DNA of 63,996 nt, the filler included, from Basidiobolus ranarum (Eukaryota), in NCBI GenBank assembly GCA_040143965.1. It is 6 parts of 6 records of this genome, joined end to end, with 100 filler letters (N's around TTAATTAATTAA, not from the genome) between each part and the next. Parts side by side here need not be neighbours in the genome. Positions count along the whole stretch, not along the records: positions 32,214 to 42,839 come from JASJQH010000685.1; positions 42,940 to 53,558 come from JASJQH010000686.1; positions 53,659 to 63,996 come from JASJQH010000714.1; 3 more parts are not named here. The stretch is one strand, 5' to 3'. The number at the start of each line of letters is the position of its first letter. Positions within the stretch are counted from its first letter, which is position 1. Positions 40,992-54,591 of this stretch are shown here, one piece after another. Made by a program: the position numbers and the translations under genes. A model generated the notes under the pieces. The model was not told the DNA's origin and made no database searches. It saw only the letters and a list, made by a program, of their open reading frames with translations.

Positions 40992-42566
40992 ATCAAGGTT
41001 CTGATAAAATGAATCTAAGAAAATTAAATGGGTCACTTAGGTAGCGTTAAGAGTTTAGCAACACAAGAGTAGAATAGAGGTGTACGAGGTTGATTAAAAG
41101 GGATTAGTTTTGAACGGTAATATCTTACGTTCAGATTACACTAAACTAGGATTTCCACGAAGTGCTGAGTATCTAAATATAACATGCCAGTATATGCCCC
41201 TTTCATTCACGTGTCTACCAATCACCACTACCCGAACATATTATACTCCATGAGTGCCAACAATTTGTTATTGAAAGTGACAAACATTACAACCATCTGA
41301 TTGATCAGCCCCGCCCCCAAAAACATCCCGATAACTTTACATCAACAAAGCTGCCCCGCAAACCTAATGAACTAAACCTTTCTGGTAGTGAGAGTACATA
41401 CACAGCATCTAATCAATCTCATTAACCTCGGACGTAACTATTGGATGCAATATCTGCCCAAACAGTTTGGTAACAACTGGTATCTATTTGCTAGAGCAGC
41501 TGTACTCCAAGAGACCATATGAATGGGAAATGTGCATTTTCTGAGCGTGCATTCTAAAAGTACCAAAGTGGAGCTTCTCCGTGGACCTGTCCAAACTGTT
41601 ACTGAACATAAAGCCAATATCCTCCGACTCATCCCATCATTCTGTCAGGTGAGAAATAGTAGCCTCCGGTTTCAAAACTTTCAGCTTGAAATTAGCCTCA
41701 GTTGATCTCCGATGAGAATGATCCCATGGTACTCAGCCATAGCAGGGACCACCAGCGGTATCACTGATAATTATGGAATACCCAGCTTATATGTGATATG
41801 ACACCGACTAGCGATTCAAGAACTGAGCAACTCGACCAATAGTAGTGAAGATGAAGATTCCGGTTCAGTTATTATTATCGTGAAAACTGATGATTGTGAT
41901 TCGAAAAAGAATCGGCATCTTATCAATTACGGTTTTAATCAACAACCTGATCACATTTTCAGATAAGAATCGAGATCATATTGTTACAATTTTATACACA
42001 CGAAACAACAGTATTTTACAGTTATGGCTGTTTGAATGAGGTGTCAAATTGAGATTCTTGATCAGATTGAGAATTAGGCCATGGGAGGAAGCTACAGAGA
42101 AACCTCAAGGAAACACACTTTAAACAAATATTCCAGCACATTTTTATGAGTAGTAATTGGAACATCACTGTGGATCACACAGGGTGTGTGGTATTCTATG
42201 GACATGGTGTTCTACAAATGATACGCAAGTAAGATGGCTTGTATATTTGCACTGAACGTTCCGTCCAACCCTTGACAATTACTCTAAATACCCACTACCA
42301 TCAAGTACTTTAAGTGGCAAGAACTTGTTTGTATTTCACTCGGTAGAAATCGTATCATTTTAACTAGAGGTTCAGTAATTTCTACAGTCTCTAGTGCACA
42401 AGTATGTGTTAATGGTTTTAAAAAGACTCAATCAGACGGGAATGGCACTTTCCATTGTCAAGTTTTATTAAATCTTATAGAAGTGGATCTTTGGAAGTAT
42501 AATGTGTATATAAAAGTTTCTGGGTTACTTAGTGAAGGAATGTGCTATGTCATAGCGAGAACCACA

Positions 42567-42839
42567 CTACTGTTGTGCTAGAAAAGCAAACGCATTCGCA
42601 GCAACTAGGACTAAAATACCGCCAGTAGCTATTTGGGTGCCGCTATTGGGGGTGATAGATGGCGATATAGAGGTACGTGAGACAGAAGAACCGGTGGCAG
42701 ATGTTGCTACAGGACTAGTTGTGCCCTGAGAAGTAGCAGACTGCATTGCTCCAGTAGAAGTCACAGGAACAGAAGAGGATGCTGAGCTAGGGACTTGTGC
42801 GCAATAAGTAGTTACCAGTCCATCTTGAATTTGAGCCTG
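42567..42839 (-). CDS. Ser/Thr-rich putative GPI-anchored surface protein, C-terminal fragment
   Basis: S/T/A-rich stretch, NSG omega-like site and hydrophobic tail (IATGGILVLVAANAFAFLA). The 5' end is lost at the gap. Confidence 0.6.
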   Translation of the reverse strand, partial: QAQIQDGLVTTYCAQVPSSASSSVPVTSTGAMQSATSQGTTSPVATSATGSSVSRTSISPSITPNSGTQIATGGILVLVAANAFAFLAQQ

Positions 42840-42939
42840 NNNNNNNNNNNNNNNNNNNNNNNNNNNNNNNNNNNNNNNNNNNNTTAATTAATTAANNNNN
42901 NNNNNNNNNNNNNNNNNNNNNNNNNNNNNNNNNNNNNNN

Positions 42940-43576
42940 CACTAGCTCCTACAGAACACCAAGCCTAGCTGCCTAGCAAACCTACTCTCTACTGTTACAT
43001 AGCAACCCACTGCTATTCCCAAGACATATATTAGTTAGATCTGCTCTGCTGATATACCCTGTTTAAACAGTTCTAAGATTCTGCACTTGACTGTTTCTTT
43101 GGTTCAGTAAAGTTCAAGACTTTTTATCCACTTTTCTCTTGAACACAACATTGCTGATCTTTTCATAGAAGAAGTCAAGGAACATCTTGAATGGGAGCTC
43201 TTTGATCATACTTTCAGTCAGCATATTGAGAGCCCTCTTTTTGCACCTTTCTCTTTGGAAAAGGAACTCTTAGCAAGATTCACCAGCCTGCTAAAAAACT
43301 CTCCCTCTGTTCAAGTCACCAATTTTCTAAGAAATTACTACAGTGAACAAGCAGTTGAACTTCATTCCCCACTGGACTTTGAAATTCAACATCTTTGGGA
43401 AATAGCAAACTCTAAGGTTTTCAACCAACCTTAGGATTTCCATACTTTGTTATTTTCTTTATATTTTAACTTCAACTTTTATTGTTAGCATATTATGCTA
43501 TATTGGCTTATTTGTTTATAGTAGTTTATCTAGTTATTAAATAAATTTTACACCCTGTGGTGTTTACCATCCCCCC
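42940..43576 (+). mobile_element. Probable non-LTR element 3' end (family B), degenerate
   Basis: CpG-free. Its terminus ACACCCTGTGGTGTTTACCATCCCCCC parallels the family A terminus ACACCACCTGGTGCTTTTCATCCCCC. No RT motif is visible in this piece. Confidence 0.45.
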
Positions 43577-43582
43577 TAACCC

Positions 43583-43994
43583 ATCTTCAAATCAACTATC
43601 ATGCTGGAACTGATACAAGATGAACCTCTGGCCTTTGAATTAGCTTTACAACTGCATCAAACAAAACAGCCCAAAATTGTTGCTATAGACTTCCAGCTAG
43701 ACCTTTGGAAGCAATATCTTGCCTCCAAGACACCTTTTTGATCCCCATTATTCCAGGTTTTTGTCCTATTGTCCATTTGGGTTGTACTGAGTATCTTTCT
43801 TGCTGCTTACCACCTGTGCCCCTTGGCACTATATTTACATTGTCAGAATTGGATTACATTGGTCATAAAGTTAAGTATGGATATGATCTAGTTTTGTCAC
43901 AATATCTTAGAAGATTGATGACTTGATTGTCACTTTGTTTAGATTAGTGTATAAGCTAAATAAAGTCCACACCACCTGGTGCTTTTCATCCCCC
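43583..43994 (+). mobile_element. 5'-truncated copy of LINE family A
   Basis: Reverse-complement match to about 9310-9724 (LIPIIPGF...ELDY.GH.VKYGYD.VLSQYL.RL) including the 3' UTR. Confidence 0.88.
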
Positions 43995-46379
43995 TTACCC
44001 TAACCCTTTGAGTTTGATTGATTCATAGTTTCTGACAGTAATAGCATGACTTCTTTGAACATCTGTGTTGTTACATGAAAAGTGTCTTATGCTTGAAAAA
44101 ATGAACACCAGCCCTATCCTGACCATGCTATATTCATTTACTGCTTGGAAGTTCTGTTATGGCTTATTAAATTCTGATACTATTTGGACTATGATTTAAT
44201 TAGCCATACTGACCTAAAGGGGTGCCTCACTGTAGTGTATCCATCTATGTCTTTTAACATATTAGCTACTTGGCCAATTTAAATCTCATTTTAAAATTTT
44301 CAACTAACCATACTAAATCCTGATAGTGAATTGTATCATAGCTATTAAATATCTTTTTGTTAATGTCTAAAACATTGTGAACTCTCAAAAAGCTGAGTAT
44401 TAAAATTACAATAGTGAAATGTCTCTGAGGTGGCATATTCAAAAAATACACTTTATCAACAGTTGTAGCTATGTATATATGTGTGTAGTAATCTGTGTGC
44501 CATTAATACCTCTTTGTACAGACTTGAAATACAACAAAATAAAAACAGTACCTATTGGTGCTTCTCCTCCATGTAACTGTAATATATTCAAACTTGTCTT
44601 TAAACTATTCCGTACACATACCTAGAATATGTTTAATATGCTGAATTCGTTAGGCAATATTGAGTTTTAAGCCTGGCATAGATTATATTCAAGTAAAGAG
44701 TTCCAACCAGTTCACCGTAAAGTATGGAAAACCTCAACATATTTAGGGCCTAGTAGAAGGTTTTGCTTTAATCTTAAGCTATAGTAAATCCCGAAGTATT
44801 CGACAAACAAAGTCCTTACTAAGCAGTGGGTTGTTTGTATCATGGATCACTATCAGTTTGATATTTTAATAAATACTAAAATTGATACGAAATATCTCAA
44901 CAGATAACTGGCGCAGCCTGTTCGAACCGTGTAATCAGACCTGGTTATATTCAGTTCAGTAGAATTTCTCCAGATGCGCATATTAAACTAACAATCAGTA
45001 AAATCTGACAAAATACAGTGTACGAATAGCCCCATTACTGTGCGGTATTGCTGATTTGAGCTCTAGTATTTTGATTCTGGCATCTGGTCACAAACAGGCC
45101 CCTTCTAGCTGGCATTTATCACCAATCGCAACAATATTCCTTGCAAACTGTACGGGTACTACCACCTAATTTCAAGGGAATGAGCTATGGTGGTAGACTT
45201 TGACTGATTATATAAGAGAAAAGAAACATGTCATTTGCAATGTGCTCTTGGCTTGACGTCTAGATGAAGCTAGAAACCACCCTTGAGATTGTTACGAACT
45301 GGTTGTGGCAGGTTCTAGGTTGCATCAGAATCTTCAGAGATTATCAGCCGGTACTTCATGGATTGAACAAGCTGAAATCGGCACAGCTATTGAAGGTTTA
45401 ACCAATTCATCACACCCACCACCATTTACAAACACCAACCTTGCTTGATTAATCAATCATATTGTATTCATTGATTCGTGTTCGAAACTGGCGCAATAAG
45501 CCAGCGACATGACCAAGTGTTGCACTACGTGCCGAAAGTGGCATTCACTGCCGACCCATCAAGCACAATACCATCGCTGTGGCCGATCACGCCCATATCA
45601 TGCTGAAGTTAGACATTCTAGCATGTTTCTTCGTCCAAATCACCGATCTATGATGGAGAATCCCAGAAGAATGATGTACAACCTCCCGTTACCAAATATT
45701 CATTTCTAATTAAGCGTGTTGGTCTTACCATCCAGCTGCAAACATGTATACTTAGACCCAACAGAAGAGAACCCTAAAGCACCCCTAAGCGTCCAGTAGC
45801 ACCCATGCAGAGTTAGAAGTCCATTGGCTCTAACTGGCCTGGTTTCCATCTCACACCCCAGGTAATTACCTCTCGACCCGGGACATCAGCCACTGGTTAT
45901 CGTTCATGGCGAATATGTACTCGACAACAGATGAGGAAAGACAATCGTTGAGTTGCCTCTGACATTCAGACTGCATGCTACTAGGGCGCACCTCTGCATC
46001 AATTGTATCTAGCGTTTATTGCCGGAGAAAACCGATTATTATGATACAAATAATACATTGTTTTACAATGGAGCAACAAACCATATAAATTAAATATACA
46101 CAAAAATATTTCATCATAAAACCGCCTACATTGGTGTCTGAATTAAGGAAATAACCGTCCACGACAGCAAACTATAGGAATGGTGACGTGGTGCAAGGTA
46201 AAGATGCAAGTACACATGTGTAATTGGAGACTCAATTCGCCATTGCTGATGAAATCAAGAATCTCTGGGGTATTCAATAAGATAAAGGTATCACAATGAA
46301 ATCTCAGTTTAACTGGTGATTGACGAAGGTGAGTAGAATCACTGGAAAAGTGGCGTAGGTGTAGGTGTAGACTGCTTGA

Positions 46380-47642
46380 CTAATTGAATTTACAGCTATG
46401 TATTTTCGTGTGCCGGCGCAGATTGCTCACAACAGAGAAATGGCGCCCACACCCTTCATGCGGACACTTGAAAGGCTTTTCACCAGTGTGCGAGTACATG
46501 TGAGTATTTAACGAACTGGGACGACTGAACCCCTTCTGGCAAATGGTGCAATGATACTTCTTGGCCGATGCAGATATCATTCTGGAGTTGAAAGTTGTCA
46601 TCATCGATGTAGGAGGATTTGCTCTTTTCTTTCGTGAACAGGCGCCATTTAATTTCGAATAACTGACTTGATATGGCATGTTTGGTGACACTCTATCAGG
46701 ATGCATGTATAGTTGCTCTGCTGCTTGTAAATCAAATGCTTCGAAATAGTCTCTCTCACTTGCATTCATCATATACTGCTGATCACAGCTACTTTTTTCA
46801 AACATGTGCAGGGGATACTCGATCAACTGACTTATTCCATCAATATCGGCAAGCGATGGAGAGCATATATTATCCTTTTCATGGTTCAAGTAGGTTGCCT
46901 CGTAGAGTGTAGCGATTTCAGAGGGACACACAAGATCAGTGAAGTTCGAAACACCAGGTGATAGTATGTATTCCTGATCTTCAGACCAAGCTGGCGTTGT
47001 CGATGGTTTGGCATACTCTTCGTTACTGCGCCGCGCAAAATTGTCCGACTCTGTCGAAAATGTACTTTGCACTGGTGAGTATTTTGGTTGGAACGATCTC
47101 TGTAGTAATGTCTCATTGTAGTGATAAGGCTCAGGTGAGCTCCTACTCGATGACGATGAATCGAATGAGCCACCACTTTCTGAGTTTAAATCTTTATTGC
47201 CGTCAAACTGTACTTGGCCCCAAAGAATGTCCTGCTGTTCATTCTTCCTTAGGGCTTGGTTGGTCCTAACGAAATGAAGGAATTCTCCTTCGCCAAGATG
47301 AATGGAGGGTGATGGACATGCCATGATTTCTCCCTCCTCCACTTTAACTTTAATATTTTCATATAAAGAGTCAGGAACACTATTAGAGGAAGAGGTAATC
47401 TCATATGGGGTAGTTGGCCAAAGTGATGAGATTGGTCTGCACTCCTGTTCCGATTCTTTTGTAAAAGTACCACTGTATGAAACTGAGTCTTCAACCCTTG
47501 TTGGTCGCCGTTGGCCAAAGCCTGACGAAATATGGTCCATTGCCATTAACTGCTCCAGAGAAAGATCACCATTTTGAGGTGCGCAATCTTTCTGGCTTGG
47601 ATAAGGGAAGCAATAGGGAGAATATAATGTTGCGTAGGTCAT
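46380..47642 (-). CDS. C2H2 zinc-finger transcription factor, FlbC-like
   Basis: C-terminal tandem fingers CTICQKGFSRPSSLNTHMYSHTGEKPFKCPHEGCGRHFSVVSNLRRHTKIH; low-complexity N-terminal region. Confidence 0.9.
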   Translation of the reverse strand: MTYATLYSPYCFPYPSQKDCAPQNGDLSLEQLMAMDHISSGFGQRRPTRVEDSVSYSGTFTKESEQECRPISSLWPTTPYEITSSSNSVPDSLYENIKVKVEEGEIMACPSPSIHLGEGEFLHFVRTNQALRKNEQQDILWGQVQFDGNKDLNSESGGSFDSSSSSRSSPEPYHYNETLLQRSFQPKYSPVQSTFSTESDNFARRSNEEYAKPSTTPAWSEDQEYILSPGVSNFTDLVCPSEIATLYEATYLNHEKDNICSPSLADIDGISQLIEYPLHMFEKSSCDQQYMMNASERDYFEAFDLQAAEQLYMHPDRVSPNMPYQVSYSKLNGACSRKKRANPPTSMMTTFNSRMISASAKKYHCTICQKGFSRPSSLNTHMYSHTGEKPFKCPHEGCGRHFSVVSNLRRHTKIHSCKFN

Positions 47643-50600
47643 ATTAGACTTCAGAAGGGATATTGAAGGCTCGTTATAAAGGACCCAAGTAAAATAACTT
47701 TACTGTCAAGGTGATGCTGGTAGGACGATTCTACGAAGGAAATAGAGTCAGGTATAGAGCAGATTGGATATGGACAAGGACTAAATGACTGAATGGCCTT
47801 CAGGATAATTATACGAGTATGAATCAACGTTTGGATTGTTCAGGAAGTGGTCCGAATTTAAAGCTTTGAGATTTCCACCATAGTATCCACCAATCCAATA
47901 GGTTCATTGGGTGATTGACAATATGGACAAACTAAGGTCATCCTTTCTGTGAAACCTAAACCAGCTACTGAATTGTTAACACTCTTTTGGGCAACTATCA
48001 GCAATTCTGATGATCTTCTTCAGGATAATGTAAATGGAATAATGCGTTCAATTAGCTTTAGTTTGAGATACGAATATACTTGCAAATATATTTTCATGTT
48101 TTAATGTAGGGGCATGTTAATATTGAAGCTCAGTAAGGGGTAGGGGAGAGCGGTATTTAGGGTGCTTAGCTAAGTGGAGGGAAGTGGAGCTAGGCGATAG
48201 TAAGTGGGGAGAGCCCTCCGATGAATTCCAGAATGCAACGCAGATATCATTCATACTATATGCTTAAATCTTGAGATGTTTCCTTGCATCACTATATTGA
48301 CTAGGCATCCACAGGTACACTTCCCTACGAGCCCAAGTCTTGTGAGAGTATTTTGCCACCATAGCCGAAACTGTTACAAAGACGGGGATGCTCGGGCTAG
48401 TACAAGTCCAACATTCAAGTAGTACTTGTCTTCTAGTGTGCAGAAATGGACAGTACATGATTCAATCTGATCTTTAGCCCCCCTACCAATCATAGAGTCG
48501 GTGGCTGTAATGCACTCAATTATCTTCACCAAATACATCACTTCTACATTACCATTCTTTCTTAATAACCGCCATCCCAGCTTGTACTATGGACATATCA
48601 CAGTTAGGTAATGCTATCTCTCCCATGGAATCATATGCGTTCGAGAGGCGTGGCTTAGCTTAGCAACAGCCGGTCACAGAACATTGTGTAGGCCATCTGG
48701 GTCAAGAATTACCTTCATTGATGTCTCCCGGAGTAGTCCTATGTGGTCTACCACTGTAGCATCAACATACTCTGTCAAAAACAGATGATAACCAATCGCT
48801 TCCGACCAGGGCCAGTATATTATCCAACGTACTAGAGAAACGGTGAAAATAAGTCTATATTTGATGCTAGCCCTGTTTGCCATCTTAACCACCAGTTATG
48901 TTTGTTTGTGCTGCATAGAACTTGGTATGGGATCAATATAGCATTCCCCTTGATTTAATCTATTTCCTTATACTAATCTGCTCGTAATAAGAACACTCAT
49001 CCAATCCTTATCCTGAATATCCATTTGAAACCTAGGGTTTTGGCTTGTTGTATGAGCGTGATGTCGTTCCAGAGTGTCGGGATATCTTGCCGCAGTCAGA
49101 ATATGGATTGCTAGATTATGACCGACGTAAACTACTACTACAAACGAACTTCTACGCTCGTTGAAAACCCGCTTCGCCGCAATCACATCCTTTCTCCAAC
49201 CGATTCTAAATGTTGGCTATTCCCGCTGCTCTTACCAATTTAGACGACGGGAGTTGCTACTTGGCGAATGGGTATGCCGCCCGAAGGCAGTAATTACCAA
49301 AATCGATTTATTAGCCATGGGTAGAATCAACCATGCATAAGGTAGATCCAATGCACTCTGTAGCATTATACTTTTCAACGGCTGATCCATTTCTGCGATT
49401 CCACCTAAATTCGGGGGACATCGCTCAGTAAAGCGAACTCTCCTGAAATCGGAGGCCTCTATGAGATCTACAGATGCATCAGTCATTACTTTGGCAGCAG
49501 GAGACGCTATTTTGATTGACAATGAGTGCATTGATTGGCACTGAGCATCACCTCATCTGTCGGAATGGCTGAGAAACAAGTATTTCATGCAAAACTAGAC
49601 ATGACAGCTTCGATTAGTTATGACTCGACTTCAACAAGTATGGAAAAATAGAATAATCAAAAAACCCACCATCTTTTAGAAGGGGACGCAGTACTCATAC
49701 AATCCAAGTTACACGTGCTACATTAGTATCGATTAAGTATTCATTCAAGGCTCGATGAAGGTCGAGTATGGATCAGAAATCCCACTTTCTAGTCCCAAAA
49801 TGCAAGCCCGCAAGAGGAAAGCAAGTTAGTCTATGCCCAGAGAGGTGGGTTAGTTTTTGCTGACAGAGAATACAGAGTGCTAAACAAAACTGCCGCAGCT
49901 AGTTAAGTCTGCAGCTTTACCCAGCTGGGATGGGTTGGTCATGACTGTAGCAAGCCATCCAAGATTATTCAGTTGATACAAGACCACGCCTAGACTGCTC
50001 TATATCTTATGTAACATATAGGTGCACAATGGGAAATTTATTAAGTATACTGGGACCCAGGCAAGTTAGCGAATCTAACCTGGTATCTCTATCCTATGGC
50101 TCAGTATTTCACCTACACACTCAATATCAAGTCAATCGTATTTGAACTAATCACTCTTGGCAAGGAATGGCAAATCGGACTCAATCGAATGGTCCTGTAC
50201 CATTTCTTGATAAATGGAACTTCAGAATCTATGCATTTACACAGGATAAATCACTGAAGTCTTTCAAAAATTTGCAGCAAGTATTCAACCTATATCAGGG
50301 GAACATCTGCTATGTGCTACTTGGCGCTTTACTTCGCAAGCCAGGCTAATCTTCGCCATCAGAGAATCCAAATGTTCACACCGCTCTGTGAGCTGGCGAG
50401 TGTGCATCTAAGCGAGCCCTAGCTTTGCTAACTACCGCTCATGAAATCAGTGCTTCATCCTCCTCGAATAAACACCACTGTGGTTAAGTTAATTGCTGAG
50501 GTGGCAGTCATTCCAAAATTCTTGACTGCTTTCGTACAAATCAGGATTCCGGATCTGAAGCAACCACCGTTGATCCCGAATATATCTAGGAAATGAGTAA

Positions 50601-51989
50601 TGTCGCATTTGGATTACACTCGGCTGTCCAATTCTAGTTTTATCCGAAGGTTAATAACTACATGTCCGAATTCAGTGAAACCACAATAGTGACCAAACTC
50701 TGTAAAACCATCCAGAAACCAGTTACCTGGTACGAAGAACACACTTGCACCATGGCGATAGAAGAGTGGATAATTACATTTAATCCTAGCCTCATGAAAA
50801 CAGCCAGTAGCCAGATAGTCGATCTGCCCACAGTGACTCGGACTCTTTATTGGCTCATATTCTATCTGTTTCTTCACAATAGCATAGTATTCTCATCCAG
50901 ACGTTAATGTGTACCACCAAGGGTAGTTCTTAATTAGTCACTTAGTTGATTGATGGGGAGGACAGTACTCCAACAACGAGTTTATCATAACTTGCCAAAG
51001 AACCTGGGTTTCATTATATGGCACCTCCCTTCTCATTAGCCATGCTCAATTTTCAGACATTCAATCAGCCAGCATGAGTAGCCCTGCCACTTATCTGGAA
51101 CTCTGACGTACCATCATCAGAATGAGGTCATATCTATAAAACAAATAAATCCATCACTCACATCATCTAGTAGATTCGGGATATTGGGAGATGAATAAAT
51201 GACATACCAAAAACGAAGCTACTCCGAAGTAGTCATCGAGCACAAGAAAAGCAAGCGAAGCCTCCCTTAGGCCTGGAATGGCAACCTCCATGTTACGTCA
51301 AATGTATGTAGAAGGATTAAGTATGATCAAGCACGATTACCACAGCTTTCTTACCTGAAATAGAGCATGAACTTTTAACAGATGTTTGATATCAGGGCAG
51401 TGGTAGCGCTGGTATGAAGCAGCTCACAAGGCGGCCAAAACTCTTTTCTTGTTTAGTTAGAATAGCAAACTGGCTGACTTGCCCCAATTGTTCGGGATTT
51501 TCGCCTGGCGATCCAAGTGTAGCATGATTTTATCTAATCTTAACTCCAATTAGGATAGACTCTGGTCCAATCATCACCTCAACAGGTTTCCATAGAATAT
51601 TTGCCAAAATGTTGCATGATCTGTGCATTCTCGGAATTCTTTCCTATGTGCCCTTTGATACCTTGAGCTTGGACGCCTCTCCTGTTTATGCTACATAGTT
51701 GATCAGAATTGCGCTACTGCTGCCACAAGTCATTATCGTCCTGTCAGCACTGCAAGTACGTAAGCATCTTATCAATTTGGAGACCAAAGTTTTTGTGTCC
51801 AATATGAACTAGAGTTGTATGAAATAGGCCTCCTCACCTTGTTAGCGTGTATCGCGAACATTCTATCGATCTTCCATTGTGGATGCTGTCCTTCTGGCTT
51901 TCCCATCAGCTATAGATGTGGGCAATTTGTTAATAAGTGGTCTTGGTAGCTTAAAAAAGGCGCTTCTGATTAAATGGATACCGCTAATG

Positions 51990-52716
51990 GTTGCACCCGT
52001 GTTGTATGTGGCCATTGATTGGTATTACATCATGTAGGACCTATCCTAATCTAGATAGAGCATGTGTAGTGTGTGTGGTCGTTGACCTGAAACAATGTTG
52101 TAGTTCACAGTGTAGAATTTGTAACTTTTAATCCCTTGGGTGATGTATCACCAATGGGCGAAAGTTGTTTTGCTATTGGATCCATTGGATCATGCTCATA
52201 ACACAGCATTGTTAGTGGGGATCACTTGTATTTGTTCAGGAACATATTTCCATTTTCGTGAAGAGCTAGCAAGCGATTTATTAACTCTGACAACGACTTA
52301 ATAACCCCTCCTGTAACACATCCAGATTTCCCTGCAACACTCCACTCAGAATTGATTTGATGGAAACACCACCCCACTATGGCATGTATTTGTTCATTGG
52401 CACATGCAATCAATTCAAGTGGTCCACCAGATCATTGCTTTTAATTGAAGAGTATAGGATACACAGCTGCAGGTAAAGACTACAGAAGGTGCTTTAGAGA
52501 ATATCTCTTCATTGGCACTTCACCAATGGACTTCATCCAGACAGATTTCATTTCAGAAACTGTAGCAAGAATCTGGAATACTTTGCCAAGCTCAATAGCC
52601 CTATCCAGAAACGTGCTGATTCCGAGATTGCAGGACCAGTTAAGATTCAGATCTTGAACAGTGTTTGTGAATCTGAAATAATTCTCCCCAGATATTGTCC
52701 GATGTATAACAACCAT
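51990..52716 (-). pseudogene. Possible heavily decayed retroelement integrase remnant
   Basis: Broken translation with GPLELIA...SEWSVA...SLSELI and PINGHIQ loosely follows the order of rve integrase motifs; the region is CpG-poor. Confidence 0.3.
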
Positions 52717-53339
52717 GAGAATTTACGCTTTAGCTTAATGAATCTTCAACAACTGCAGCTGAGAAACCTAATGACTCTGACATTTCAGAGGGCAAGGACT
52801 TTTCATTTCGTGGTTTCTGCTCAGAGGATACCACTTCATGGTAAGCAACTAGAGTCGGCATTAGCTGGCAAGTTTGCGTAAATATTTACAATTGCTTCGG
52901 ATTTCGTTGTGGCCCAATCTGCTACAAATGACTTGCTGTGAAACAGTTAAGTTTGCATGATATCGTTGATAGAGCAACTGAGTATCTGAGCCATGTTCAT
53001 AGTTCAGTCGAAGCAACCATCAACGGAACTTGCTTATGATATTTTATGTATGGCACTGTGCATCTTTGTTCTTTACATTTAGTATCCCTCTATCCAAGGC
53101 TTCTTCAATCAGCACATGCATTCAGGGTTCACTGTAGACACAGTCAGAAGCATCATATATATATATATAAGCCAGATTTTGAAATTGTTTCATGCTAGGT
53201 TCACTCAGTCTAATATCACTAGTGCATCCCAACTTGCCTTTCACATATGGTTCCTGAAATTCTCGAAAGAATAGATGTTGATCAAGAGGAACATATGCAT
53301 AGGAGAAACCCGAATGGTCTGAGTAGACATAGTAATATC

Positions 53340-53558
53340 TGTTGAAATTAGCATTGCCTAAACACCTATATAGTCATATATAGCTTAGTATTTAGTTATT
53401 TTATATTGAACTAAGATATCACTCACTATTCTCCAGAGGAATTTACTTAGAAGTTCTCAGATATATAGATTTTTCAAAGAGGCCCCAAACTTTGCACACA
53501 TGTTCCTGGGACCCTCCTTAACACATTCTACACGTTAGCTTGTTTACATCTTGACAAA
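53340..53558 (+). repeat. LTR, family 2, 5' part (starts TGTTGAAA)
   Basis: Starts with TG; 53461-53558 aligns with about 11020-11130; cut by the gap. Confidence 0.7.
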
Positions 53559-53658
53559 NNNNNNNNNNNNNNNNNNNNNNNNNNNNNNNNNNNNNNNNNN
53601 NNTTAATTAATTAANNNNNNNNNNNNNNNNNNNNNNNNNNNNNNNNNNNNNNNNNNNN

Positions 53659-54428
53659 TGTTCTTCTTTGTATTGTGGGCCCCTTACTTACCAGAAATCG
53701 ACTTAGATACCACTAGTATTAGTAATGTTCACTTGGTTGGCAATCTTCCATTCAACATCGCTTCACCACTTTTGATACAATGGCTTAAGATGGTTTCTAA
53801 AAGAGAGGGAATCTTCAAATTCGATCATATAAGCATGACTCTAATGTTTCAAAAAGAAGTTGGAGAGGTATGTCCATGGTGCTTATTACTAGTGTTTATT
53901 ATATGGTTATTGATTCGACAATTGAAACAGAGAATTGCCGCGGCTACCTCTAACAGAGACCGTGGAAGAATATCCATTATGGCACAGTCAATATGCGATG
54001 TTAAAAAGACATACAATGTTCCTTCTTCGGTTTTCGTTCCCAAGCCCAAGGTAGTTTTGACATGTTTATCGATAGTAAGCATATATGTTAACACTGAACT
54101 CGTATTTAGGTTGATGCCTGCGTTGTTCAGCTATTGCCCAAATTTGATCACATTGACTTCTCATATAGTACTCTTGAAGTTGTCGCACGCTTTTTCTTCA
54201 TGAAAAGGAGAAAAACCGTCGCTCGTATTCTAAAGTCAGTGTCTTCACTTAACATTTTATGCTTGGAATATTATTTAACTCTCCTTCTTCAGGGACTTTG
54301 ACAAAGACCTATTGGACCTAATTCCACAGGCTGGTATGGATAGCAGCCAACGCCCTGAAGACGTCTCCGTCGAGCAGTTCATACAGTTCACTAAACTTAT
54401 AGAGTCACGTGGGGTGCAGCTTCCTTGA
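53659..54428 (+). CDS. rRNA adenine dimethyltransferase family (TFB1M/KsgA-like), 3' exons
   Basis: VHLVGNLPFNIASPL, MTLMFQKEVGE|RIAA, RGRISIMAQ, FVPKPK|VDA, FFFMKRRK, RPEDVSVEQF. Confidence 0.88.
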
Positions 54429-54591
54429 GCATTATGCATATATTAAAGTTTTGGACATCATAACATATACATCTTTCACAACATTAGAGAATATACTAAG
54501 AAATAAATTACTGATACTATGATTGGATCATACATTGAACCTGCCTCGTGTTTATTTAACTAACAGAGAAACATTCATGACGATAAATGGT

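Noticed and set aside
50666-50710. Imperfect 27-nt-period tandem duplication
   Set aside because: Two degenerate copies in an unsupported ORF; ordinary slippage.
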